DNA of 64,000 nt from Klebsormidium nitens (lineage: Eukaryota > Plantae > Klebsormidiophyceae): positions 1-64,000 of the forward strand of contig DF237237.1 of NCBI GenBank assembly GCA_000708835.1, written 5' to 3'. Shown here piece after piece: positions 46,787 to 59,100 of this stretch. The notes below the pieces were generated by a model that had not been told where the DNA came from, did no database searches, and saw nothing but the letters and a program-made list of their open reading frames with translations. Within the stretch, counting starts at the first letter, position 1. Each line of letters opens with the position of its first letter. Made by a program: the position numbers and the translations under genes.

Positions 46787-48946
46787 CGCTTCCCAATGAA
46801 TTTGGTCAGCTTCATTGAGTCCACCCGTGGTTTTCGTTGCTGCATGCCGCCATCTTTTGAGAAATGCAGTGGCACTTCGGCATGAGCCCGTAGTGACTGC
46901 AAAAGAGAAGGAGCATCGATCAAACTATGTATAGAACCATTTGAGTATGTCCCGCAATATGAAGTCAGGACTTTCTCCTCGACTTCCTTCTCGACTTCCT
47001 CCGACTTTAGGACACAAGCAAAGTGCGAGAGAGCAGATTCAATGGCTACATACAGGGTTGTCTTTGCTGGACAAGAGTGACAAGCCAGGAGCAAGATGAC
47101 TCACTGCTGTGGAGTCCCAAGGGAGTTCTACCGTTCCTCGGTACTCAACCCGCGGTCTTTCATGTTGCCCCTGTGGCTGTACTCTGACCTGTCCGAGAAC
47201 AAACTCTCAAGCTCACAGGTCGGTTTTGCCACCACAGCTTCTAGAAATATCGTCAGATAGGTATTGTCTGCAGTTTTCAGTAAACAGCTTGGAAAACGAC
47301 CTTACAACACATCAACGCAGCTGACTCCTCTGCAAAAGCACCATACTGAACTTTCAAGGCCTAAAGAAAGGGCACCAAGCAAGAGGGCCCAGAGCGACAA
47401 AGGCAGGCACCTCACCAGACTTCTGTGCTTCCAGCCCAGCTGGAGACCAGCGTGGGGGAAACAACAGGGGCCCTTGTCGCCTCGCTGCAAGGTCGCAACT
47501 CTAGAATGTTACCCAAAAACGCTATGAGCGACGCTGTATCTGCCAAGCAAGCAAACTTCACATGAGCGCAGGGCGCACAGAGTGGGTGTTAAGATGCATC
47601 TGGGGGCGTTCGTGGGCAGGGCCCCACCTGGAGGGTGAGCCCCAGAGTGAGGTACGAGTGGGCTGCAATGCGGACGTCTCGCTGGATGGTCACCTTTGAC
47701 TCCGGCAGGATCTCGATAGTGGGCCGCAGGCCTGCACAGACCACAGGTTGGCAGCTCGACACGTGGGGCAACCATGACAGGGTCAACGCCATTGATGCTG
47801 TCTGCTAATCACACACACTTGTCGCCTCGCAAGCTTCAAAACGTAACGCTGCTTTCTGGATCAGCAATTCTTATCACAACAAGCTTGGACTTCCATGGCT
47901 TCCAAGCAAGATTGGCCGATGCTGGACCACTTTGCAATGCACCATATTGACTTCCCACTCCCCTCACCAAGCGAACCACCCAATGGGCTCAGTATCTTGA
48001 CCTTGGCGGCTGGAGTCACCCACGAGATGGTTGGGACTGATTTCGATGGGGGGTGCCTGGGCCGTGAGCCCATGTGTGGCAGCGCTGCAGCCCCCTTGAG
48101 CCCCACCAGAAATGAGACGGGGATGAACGGCCAGCGCCAGTGAGCATCATCGCCTGCAATTTCCACAGCACCCGTCGATGTTTGCTGGAGTGTACAGCTA
48201 AAGACGCTGGCGTGCAGGAGCGGAGCAAGTTGGGATGCAAGAGGCTGCGCAGGACGGCCACGGGCAGCAAACTAAGGACAAGAGCGGTTCATGCGGGCGC
48301 TTATAAACCACAACTGGCTTCAAAGCCCAAAGACAACAAAGCGATGTACGCCGCAGAAGCTATCTGACTCACTTAAGCCTAGGACATGAGGAAGCGCCAA
48401 TGCTTTGTAGGCTTTGAATTGCAGCTCCCGGCGGTCACAACCCTCAATGCTCTGCGCCTTGAGGCCTACTTTCCATCTAAAGTCCTGCGGTTCAAGACAT
48501 CGGGTGGCCCGGGGAGGAGTCAGCAATGAGGGTTCCCCGAAAACCAGCCCAACAGGTTGATGCAACTGCCCAAGCTCCAGGCTGGCCGTTTGAAACTTGA
48601 CACATGCAAATGCTCGTTTCAGAGCGGCTGCGACATCAGAACGGGATTTTTGTTGCTTGCTTGCACACATACACGGCACTCGGAAATGCTGCCTCACCAT
48701 GCCGGGGACCTTGTGGCGCAGGGGCAGGCGGTACACCTTGATGGGGGGGTGCGCAGGCTGGCCGGCCTCCATCTCTTGCGGGGCTGCCTGCCTCTCGGGG
48801 CTGTCAAAGCAGCGCGGCGCAATGCAGTACCCCTCCCAAGGGAAAGCACCCTCCCCCCCATTGTCGGAGTCCGTGCTCTCAGCCTCATCAACTGTTGCCT
48901 GCAACCAGCGAGGAAGATGCCAGAGCTGCCTCCAAAGAGACATCAT
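46787..48946 (-). CDS. Beta-strand-rich exons of unknown family, probable N-terminal part of the amidase gene
   Basis: Open exons with GT-AG ends: IKVYRLPLRHKVPGM|DFRWKVGLKAQ..LQFKAYKAL, GLRPTIEILPESKVTIQRDVRIAAHSYLTLGLTLQ|LGWKHRSL|SLRAHAEVPLHF..KFIGKR. One internal join (48030-47730) is unresolved. Confidence 0.5.
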
Positions 48947-49501
48947 TTCTGAATTGGCATTTTTTCCTGTTGAATGCGAATTCTTTTTCACGGGCGCGGA
49001 CGCCCTATCCTACCTTATGTCGTGTACCGNNNNNNNNNNNNNNNNNNNNCTACCATACCTTAAGAGTTTAAGAGTTTAAGCTGATTCCTGACTTTGCCTG
49101 TCAGTGTGATACCTAGTGTGTTAGGCGCGCGGCCGCCCGACGGCAGCGGCCGCCCCGGGCCCGGCACATGCCGCGGCGCGGCGCGCGAACTCTACGCGTG
49201 GAGTCTGGACTGTGAGGTCTCAGGTGTCCGAGGACTCGACTCTCGAGTCTCGGACCAACCGGGGACCGCCGCGCCAGAATGTGCGGCATCATGAAGTTCG
49301 AATGTTCGACCGTCTGCGCCGCGTCAGGATTGCGAGAGGCTGGAGCGGGCCTCCGCGACGCTTCGCCTTCCTACATTATGCACTCCGAGTCCTGGAGAAC
49401 TACTACCTACCTAGTACCTTCTACGGTACCTATCATACCGTACCCTGTAGGCAGTGGGCACCATTTGCCTACCGTACTTCATAGCAAACCCACGTACCGT
49501 A

Positions 49502-49745
49502 CCAGCGTTTAATTTCGTCGGTCTTGTTGCCAAACAATTAATTACGAATCGATCTGACATTTCGGCGGAGTATTTTATATTTTTCTGACATTTCGAAAAA
49601 GTAGCATTCCCCTGCTAAAACTAAGCATTACCAGCCTTTACCGCCCGTACATCCTATCCGACCTTTTCGTCATCGAAGAAAAATATTTTCCAAAATATTC
49701 GGCAGCCCAAATAAGTATTTAATTAAAAACGAAATTAAACGCTGG
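49502..49745. mobile_element. 244-bp Tc1/mariner-type (Stowaway-like) MITE
   Basis: Perfect 17-bp TIRs ccagcgtttaatttcgt (49502-49518) and acgaaattaaacgctgg (49729-49745), TA on both sides, and an AT-rich non-coding interior. Confidence 0.88.
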
Positions 49746-50188
49746 TACGGTATGTACCTACCAAAGTTTGTATGTACCTACGTAGTATGGTATCTAGTAT
49801 GTATCGGTACCAGTACGTTCCGACCTAGAGGCTACGTGTAGGTATACCGTATTACGTGAAGCTTTCCAGTGTCAGTGTCACATGACCACTCCAGTGACTC
49901 CACCATGAAGTGAACCATATTCGTTCAGCTCGTCGCCGAACGTACAGCAGTCCAAGCGCTGTCTATGAAGACACTGCGAATGCAGGTCCTTTTGAAACCT
50001 CTCAGACATTGAAGAGACGCTGATTGCCATTCTTACAGGTGGTAGACCTTTCAACTCTCTGATTAAGGCACGGGGACTGTATACCTACTAACGCCGCATC
50101 TTCAGCTGATAGGAAGATCAGCACCCCGGCCGACCTCAGCTCAAAGCTGGCTCCTTGCCGCGTCATGCCAGGCTTGGGGCGGTGACTC

Positions 50189-53100
50189 ATGTGCTTGAAG
50201 TCCTCGAGCAGAATGGCGGACAGGCGGAGTGCTCAGCTCTTCGGTGTCATACCCTTGCAGCTGCTGCTAATCCTGACCGTTGGGACGACTGGTGAGTGAA
50301 GTCTTTGGACTCGGCAGCAGAAGGCTGCCACTAGTTCTTTGCAGCTTCTATGTATTGTAGACAATTCATATGTGTACTGAGCATCGAACGAGGAAGTGCA
50401 CAAGAAATCATATGGGAGCATGAGCTAGATTCGTTCCACCCAAACAAATCATCATCGCTTATCTAGGGACGTTTTCACATTTCTGCAGGAGTACTTGGCC
50501 AGCCCTGGGGTGATGCCATCTACAGCCAAACTTTTGATTCGGGCTTGGGGACATGGAAAGTGGTTGGCATAACAGCTGAAGCGATTGCACAGTACGGCGT
50601 GAATGGCAACGTGTACAGTAACACTGGAACTTCAGCAACGCCCACCTACAGTTCCAGTGGCGGAAATAGTGGTGGCTTTATGGCCGCCTCCGATCCTGAC
50701 GCCCCAACGTATGGCATCGATGGGATATATACTGGGGTCAACAGTACTCAGGAAGCTGACTTCTACTCTTTTGATGCTGGCGCTGATTTTGCTCCTACTT
50801 CGGGGGGCACAGCATCAGGCTGGCCCACAAGAGCGTATGAAGGCGTCTTGCAATTTGATTACAGGTTGAATGCTTCACCAGAGCTTCGGGCATACGCTGT
50901 TGCTCCTGGAAGAGTTTACCTGAGGGGCATCTCGTCGAACAACATTTCGTTCCCGTGGCCAGCAGCGGTAACCCAGCCCTGGCCAACATCAGCTTGGCAA
51001 ACAATGACAATCTATCTGAGTGAGCAGGCTGGCTGGACCATGCAAACCCTCAGTGGCCCCAGCCAGAGCATACCAACACAAACGCAATTCAAAAGTGTCT
51101 TATCCCGCGTTACAAGTCTTCGATTACCCGGAGACTGGCTGCAAACTACGCTGAACGGGGCAAATCTATTGGATACCTCACAGATCGACAACGTCTACGT
51201 ACGACAAGGTAATGCGAGCTTGTCAGGCAATCAACAAGTTGGTCCTTGAAAACCCTCTGATGGAGTCCTGCTTTTGACCAAAAGAGCAATTTTTTTAAAT
51301 GCACCCAAGAGATGATTTTCTGATAGGTCAGCTGCCGATTGTTGCTGACTTTCATATCAAGTGCTGCTCCATGGTTCTGACCGGTTGAAGCCGTCTTGGG
51401 TTGCAGCTATTGAAAGTCCTTCGAGGTGCACACTGTCAGCATCAGGAGGAACAGCTGGGGCAACTTTGACAGCGACATTGACAGCAAGATCGTACTATGG
51501 GGCGGTGCTAACAACTCAGGACACTTACAACCGATGGCAAATATCTTTCACCTACCCGAATGGTTCAGCCGCGACCACCGTTGGCTCATTGACCTGGCTT
51601 GACTCCGGTGGAAGATACAGTTTCACCTACAGCTCCAACATCAGTGGTACCCACCTGATGGTCGTTACATGGAATGGAGTACCCATCAGCGGCATGCCTC
51701 TGTCGGTGCCCATCTCACCTGGTAAGTTTCTTGCAAGCAGGCCACTGATTCTCAGGCCAGGCCAAAATGCTCGTCACAAGAGGCTGTGTACATGGTGTTC
51801 AAAAACGGTGCTTATTCAAGCAGTTTGTCTGAAAAACCTGAACCACTAATTCTTGTTGTACCTGCAGATGCTATCTCTGCACCAAATTGTCTGGTTTTTG
51901 GAGCTGGCCTCTATCAGGCAATCGCCGGAGTGCAAAGTGCTATCTTCGTACAAGCTGCAGACAAGTACAACAATGTGTACACGACAGGGGACACAAGCAC
52001 CGCTGGGTTGCTCGGCTTGACTTTCAGTGGGCCAGCCACTTTATCATCGTTGAGTGCCTCCTATGTCAGCAATGGGACATACTCCGTTCCCTATATAGCT
52101 CTGACAGCGACCACGAACTCTGGCACAAACTACTCGATTGTCGTCAAGTTACTTAACGCCCGGATAGGATCATACGCGAACACTCTGCAAGTTCTCCCAG
52201 GTATGCTTCTACCATTGCAAGTCGTGTTGCCAAACTACTAGTGTGAGTGGTCCATGAGGTCTCAGGCATTTGATAAACACTTCCTCGTACTCTTAGAGGA
52301 AGGAATCTGGCAAAGATTCTTTTCTTGACGTGACTCCGATAGAAGTAATTGATGTCTTTATTTTGCCTAAGTATGGCCCTCTCGTATGTTCCAGGACCAA
52401 CCGCTGTGGACAGCGACAACGGTAAAGGTTGCCTTGCATCCGGCAGTGGGCTTTCAGCATCAACCGTGGGCACTATCACAACCTTCCAGATCTACGCTAG
52501 AGATGCCTACAACAATTTGCAAGTTTCTACTACCGACACGTTTACAGTGAAGATGACGGGTCAAGACGGTCTTACAGTAACCGGCATAAACATCACGAAC
52601 TCGTCTCCGGGAATATATAATGTTCAATACATGACCACGGTTGCTATGGACTACAACGTCAGTGTCTTCTTTGGTGGATCGAGAGTATTGGGCACTCAAC
52701 CTTATGGTAGGACTCTAACGGTATCGCCAGGTGAGTTATCCAATGAGGCAGTCCTGTGAGCACTGTCATCCGTTCAGGCTTAATCTTATTCAATTGGTGG
52801 TCCTGAAAGAGCTGGTTCAGGTCGATAATTTCCAGCATGCAGCCTTCTACTTCTGCAAGACACCGGCCCTCTTGACCGTCAAGACGTTTGCGTTTTGTAC
52901 GTGCAGGCTCGGTCAGTGTACCCACTTCTCAAGCTGTTTGGACCAGTGGCCGTCCAGCAACATTCACAGCCGGGGCAACTCCAATCATAGTCGGCATCGT
53001 TCCGTACGACTCTTTTGGAAATACAATCGTATCTGAGAACGTTCCTGCCGGAACATTCACCGCTTATTATTACTCACAGAGCGACTCCGCAACTAACGTC

Positions 53101-56100
53101 AGCGCTCGCACCGGAGTGCAAGTCAGCAACCTGGGGGTGAATTTCAACATTATTCGAGCTGGTCTTTACTGGCTAAAGATCGGTAACGGAAGCAACGACA
53201 TTATTGGTTCTCCAATTTCCATCAAAATGGACGCTGGTGAGGATGACTCACCGATTTGGTTTCCCTGCCCCGCTGAAGAATTTGAGCCGACTCAAGGTTT
53301 ACTCTGTTTTGTCTGAAACGTCCAATCAATTCGTTCCCAAGTCAACGGTTCGTTTTTCAGGCGATGACAGATTGCGGGAAACCTTGCCGGTCACATTGAC
53401 GATTGATCCAATAACAAATTTGAAAAGCTCACATGTGAAAAACGTGGCTCGTTTTATTTCGATGCAGGCGAAATAAGCTTGAGCACGAGCTCCATATCAC
53501 CTGACTGCCCCTATACTGCGCAAGCTGGAAGTATCATCAAATTTTCGATTTTGGCACGAGACCAATATAGCAATCCCGTGCCAATGGATGGCGTACCGGG
53601 CGTAGCAGCATCCGTCGACGGGCCAGTCAGTGTGAATCTGACGATCACCCAGGATCCCAACTTTGCCGGCAACTATCTAGCTCAGATTAACGCAACAGTA
53701 GCTGGGATCTACATACTACGCGTTATTGCTTCTGGACAAGCTCTTCCAATCGATCCAAACACCGTCTCGATCCTCCCAGGTAAACATTTTAACATGTTTT
53801 TGAAACACGTGTTCGGGACTTTTGTCGGAAGGCTTCTCAGCTGAGCTTATGTGAGTGTTTATTTCTTGGTCTCGAAGACGAGCACTTCAACTCGCAACTC
53901 TTGAGGGCTTGTGGCTCTGCGAAGCAGAAAGTCTGAAACGTGAGAGCTGGTACCTCTTTGAACGTCTTTTGCTTGACATCGACTACAAGGCTCGGAGCAA
54001 ACGGGTTGATGTAGTACCATTCGTTGTCACTCTCGTAGGCAGTCTCGACGCTGTGTGATCCGCATTGCTAGTACCTTACGTAAAGACAAGGATGTTCTCT
54101 GGGAGTAGAACCGCGCAAAATGAACGGTGAATTTTCTGGGCACTGACGCTGCTTCTGCTTCTTCATTGCAGCCGCGGTGAATCCATCTAACTGCGTCGCT
54201 TCTGGAAACGTCCTGGGGAGCACAATAGTGCAGACGCCATTAAGCGTCACTATACAAAGCAAGGACTCTTGGAATAATAGTGTGACTAGTGGAGGCACCA
54301 ACTACACATTCGTATCGTCTCCGCTGATGGCGTCCTGGGCATTTCTAGATAATCAGGACGGAACGGTGACCCTCTCGTATACACCGGTTGTCTCGGGACA
54401 ATATGTAATGCGAATCCTACAAGGAGGAGGACAAATTCCAGGCAGCCCTTTTATGGGACTCTACGTAGAGCCGGGTGAGGAGATCACTGGCCAGCAAGTT
54501 GTGCAAATACGACTGATTACCATATTCAGCTGGTTGATCGCCTCATCTTTTGTGAGCTTGATTCTTTGAAGAAAATGGTTTGGGTGCCTTGCTTCGGCAG
54601 GAAGGTCGGAGTTATTGCCCTGTGATGGACTCTGAAGTGATTTTGGTTGTTTCTCATTGCAGGATTCGTCGATCATAATTATGTCTATGGGGCCGGGGCT
54701 ACTGCAGCTATTGCGAGCCAGACGACCTACTACTACGTCAAAGTTGTTGATCAATGGAATAATCCATCCACCCGATTCAGCGACGCCAATAACGACGTAG
54801 ACCCGAACGTAGCCACTGACCCCGATTCTATATGTTCATACTTCTCAATCTCCTTCTACTACGGCAACTTCAACACCGACGACTACCCGGGTGCCCCTGA
54901 CAGCGTTACACCGACGGGAAATCTTGCGGAGTGTCTTGTCACCTATACCTTAACAGTTGCTGGAACTTATCAGAACTACATCTCGAACAACTATGCGGGC
55001 GGCTACCTTCTGTTGAATCTGATAGTCTCTCCAGGTGCGTTTGAGGATCCCAACTTACGTTACATACTTGTCAACGAGATAATCCACCAAGTTATTAGTC
55101 GTAATTTGGTGCTTATGTAATGCAAGCGGATTGCTTAGGTACTATAAAACTCTCTTGTTTATTCAGTCTCTGGAGCTCGCATCTTCAACTTTCAGGGCTT
55201 GAATTATCCCGCTTCCTCTGGGTGCCATCCATAACCCCTGTATCTGACCACAAAAGTAACTTTTTGTGCAATACTTTCTCGCATCTCAAAGCTATGACAG
55301 TGGAAGTATGTTTTATAAAGTTTCCTAATCTCCTTCCGTGGGGGTGGGGTTCCCTCTCGTCCAGTTCCTTCCCCTTCCCCCTCTCCATCCTTGTCACCGT
55401 CCCCTTCAAGAACCCCTTCACCTTCCCCTGCACCGTCATTGTCCCCCTCACCATCACCCTCCCAATCATCAACACCTTCGACGTCTCCCTCCATCTCCCC
55501 GACCCCCTCTCCTTCCACGACCCCTGCGCCTTCTAGCAGCCCCTCAACCTCTCCTTCTCCCTCGCCTTCCCCTTCACCGTCGCACTCACCGATCCCTTCC
55601 ACTTCTCCTTCTGTTTCGCCACTTCCTTCCTCCTCACCGTCCCCTTCCACCACCCCCCCACCTTCTAGCAGCCCCTCTCGTTCCCCCTCTCCCTCTTCCA
55701 CCCCCGCGGCATCCCCCTCCGCCTCCAGCTCGCCCGCCCCCTCCTCCTCGCCATCTCCTTCTCCCTCCGCGGCAGCGTCATCTAGCCCGTCCCCGTCTTC
55801 ATCCTTCATTCCTCCATCACTTTCGCCCTCCCCCACCGCTTCCCCGTCAAGTTCTCCCTCCGCTTCACCCACCGCCTCTCCGTCCCCTTCCTCAATTCCT
55901 CCCTCGCCTTCAAGAAGTCCCTCTCCTTCTCCTTCTATCGCTGCCTCACCTTCAACCTCCCCAGCGGCCTCTCCTTCTAGTTCTTCCCCTGCATCTCCCA
56001 GCCCGTCACCGTCGTCTTCAGCTCTTTCCCCCTCCCCTTCCGCCTCCTCCTCCCCCGCTGCTTCGTCCTCTAGCTCGCCAGCACCCTCCTCCTCTCCTTC

Positions 56101-59100
56101 TCTGTCCCCCTCCCCTTCTCTGCCAGCCAGCCCTTCACCGTCCTCTTCGTCNNNNNNNNNNNNNNNNNNNNNNNNNNNNNNNNNNNNNNNNNNNNNNNNN
56201 NNNNNNNNNNNNNNNNNNNNNNNNNNNNNNNNNNNNNNNNNNNNNNNNNNNNNNNNNNNNNAGCCAGCCCTTCACCGTCCTCTTCGTATCTTCCCCCTTC
56301 CCCTTCCGCCTCGCCCTCCGCTGCTTCCGCTTCGAGCTCGCCAACGCCCTCCTCGTCCCCCTCCTCCTCCCCCTCTCTCTCTCCCTCGGCTGTTCCGCCA
56401 GCCAGCGCTTCGCCATCCTCTTCGTCTCTTCCCCCTTCCCCTTCCGCCTCCTCCTCCCCCTCTGTTTCCCCTTCTAGCTCGCCAGCACCCTCCTCCTCTC
56501 CCTCTCTTTCTCCCTCGCCTTTTCCGCCGGCCAGCGCTTCGCCATCGTCTTCCCCCGTTCCCGCTTCCCCTTCCGCCTCCTCGTCGCCTGCTGCTTCCCC
56601 TTCTAGCTCCCCCGTTCCCTCCTCCTCTCCTTCTCCCTCTCTTTCTCCTTCACCTTCTCTGCCGGCTAGCGCTTCTCCCTCAACTTCGGCCGTCCCCCCC
56701 TCGCCGTCGGCTTCAATCCCACCTTCCACTTCGCCGGCATCATCCCCATCCCCTTCGCCGCCTAGCATTCCTCCCTCAGCTTCTCCTTCTCCTTCGCAAT
56801 CCCCCACAGCCTCTTCACTCCCTTCTGCTAGCCCGTCCCCTTCTAGCTCTCCCGCTTCGTCTCCTTCGCCCTCCCCTTCAAATCTCCCCGCTTCAGCCAG
56901 CCCGTCCCCGTCAGCATCCTCTGTTCCCCCTTCTCCGTCCGCAAGCCCTCTGGCCTCGCCTTTCCATTTGTCGTCACCCTCCCCCTTTCCTTCACCTTCC
57001 TCCTCCACCATTACCGCCCCATCACCGTCGCAGAGCACCTCACCGCCTTCTCCCAGCCCTTCTCCTTCTTCATCATCCAGCCCCGCTCCTTCGCCGCAGC
57101 CCACCCCTTCCAGCTCTCCTTCTCCCTCTCCTCCCCTCCCCCTCGGCCTCTCCGTCTCCTTCCTCCGTTGCCCCTCCCCAACCCCCCCACTGCCCTCCCC
57201 TTCCCCCGCCCCATCCCCACTGGCTGTCTCTCCTGCCGCTGCTCCCACAGGGACGGACGGCTACAAGTACTTGCCCACTGGGCCCGGCTTCACGGCCGCC
57301 GTGGCGGGCCAGACGGCCACCTTCCAGCTCAGCGCGCGCGACCTGTATGGCAACGCCGCCCCGCTGGGCGCTCTTAATCTGACGGCCTATTTTGTGCCCA
57401 ACAACACTGTGGCCTTCAATATGAACGTCACGTCATCCACCGTCACCGTGACGTACAAGATCAACGTAGCTGGCTCGTATAGTTTCCGGCTGCTGAGGAA
57501 CGGAGGCAGCATTTACAACGGCACTCTCAACGGGCTCACCGTCAATCCTGGTAAGCGATGGCACCGTCAAAGACGCAGGTGGTTCCAACATATAAGATAA
57601 ATTGGTACGACGGTTCTGGCAGAACGATGTCGAAACAATCAACAATCAAATGCTTCAATTTATGTATCTTTAAAGTTCATCACTGTCTGCACAAATGGAA
57701 CGCCGAAAGCTTCTCTTTTTATGTATCACTTGTCTTGCAGTGAACTGAAGGAGAGTTTGTTTTTGTCTGCGCAGCTGCGGCTTACGTGACCAAGTTCAGC
57801 GTTGCTGGCGCTGGGCTCAACACGACGATGGCGGGCACCGCGACGAGCTTCCAGATCCAGGCGCGCGACGTGTACGGCAACCTGGCGGCCGCGGACCAGA
57901 CGCTGCTGGCGGCCCGCCTCGTGTCGAGCGCGGCAGCCGTGGTGCCGACCGTAACGGTGGTGGCCGGCTCTGTGGGGCTCTACAGCGCGGCGCTGACGGC
58001 CACCGTGGCGGGGCAGTACAACCTGTCCGTCACCTACAACGGAACGCTCATTGCCGGAGCCACGAGCCCGCTGCTCAAAACAGTACTGCCCAGTAAGCCC
58101 ACAGCAATCGGAAATGGTCTCCGATTGTTCTGCATCAAGTCGAGGGAAAAACAAGCGTGTAGCATCTGCAGTTGACAGCTCCGCAGGGAAGAATTGAAAG
58201 ACCACTTCACCGATGAAGGGATCTGAAGTGCCGTCTCGTATGAAAATCTGACATTCTCGACTTCTTCTGCTGCTAGGCACGGTATCCGCCCGGCAATGCT
58301 TTGCATATGGGGCGGGCATTAGCGGGGGCCTAGCCGGCGCGAACCTGTCGTTCACGGTGCAAGCCGCGGACCAGTACGGCAACGCCATCACGAGCGGCAC
58401 GTATCTGTTCTCGGCGGCCATCAGCCCCGCCGTCAGCAGCAGCCTCACGCTGACGGCCTCCGCGGCCGGGGTGGCGACGGGCAGCTACAGCATCTCGCAG
58501 GCCGGCACCTACACGCTCACGCTCGCGCTCAACGGGACCACCATCAACGGCGGACAGGCATACAGCATTGGCATCGGACCATGTGAGCAGACGGCGCTCG
58601 ATCAGAGGGCATCACCCGATTCTGAATGCAACCACTCAAAGTCTTCCTGTCGGAGAACTTCTGCAAGAAGACGAACTGGGCGACTCCCGCCTTATTCATC
58701 AAGTCGATTCGCGTGAGTGTTTGAATCTGAAATACAAGGCATCGGCTTAAATAGAGAGAACGTTTTGAACGGTCAATTTCAAAAGGGAGCTTCTCGGATT
58801 GTTTGTATGGTCAAACTTGTGCGACCTCCCAACAGAGCTGGCAGCTTGCAAACCAAAAGCCTGCCGCTCGCTTGAGGTACCAAGACTCATCCGGATATTC
58901 GTGCCTTTCGTTTCAGCTGCTGTGAGCCCCGCCCAGACGACTGTGAGCGGCGCGGGGCTGGCCAGCTCGGTGGCTGGCGTGGCGGGCGTGGTGGTGATCC
59001 AGGTGCGCGACCAGTACGGCAACACGCTGCAGGGCGAGCAGGCGCAGCTGTCGGTTGTGCTGCGCAGCCTCGCGGGCGGCAGCAACCTGACGGCTACGGT

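Noticed and set aside
55204-57248. Long Gly/Glu-rich minus-strand ORFs and Pro/Leu-rich alternative plus frames
   Set aside because: Frame and antisense shadows of the Ser-Pro exon.
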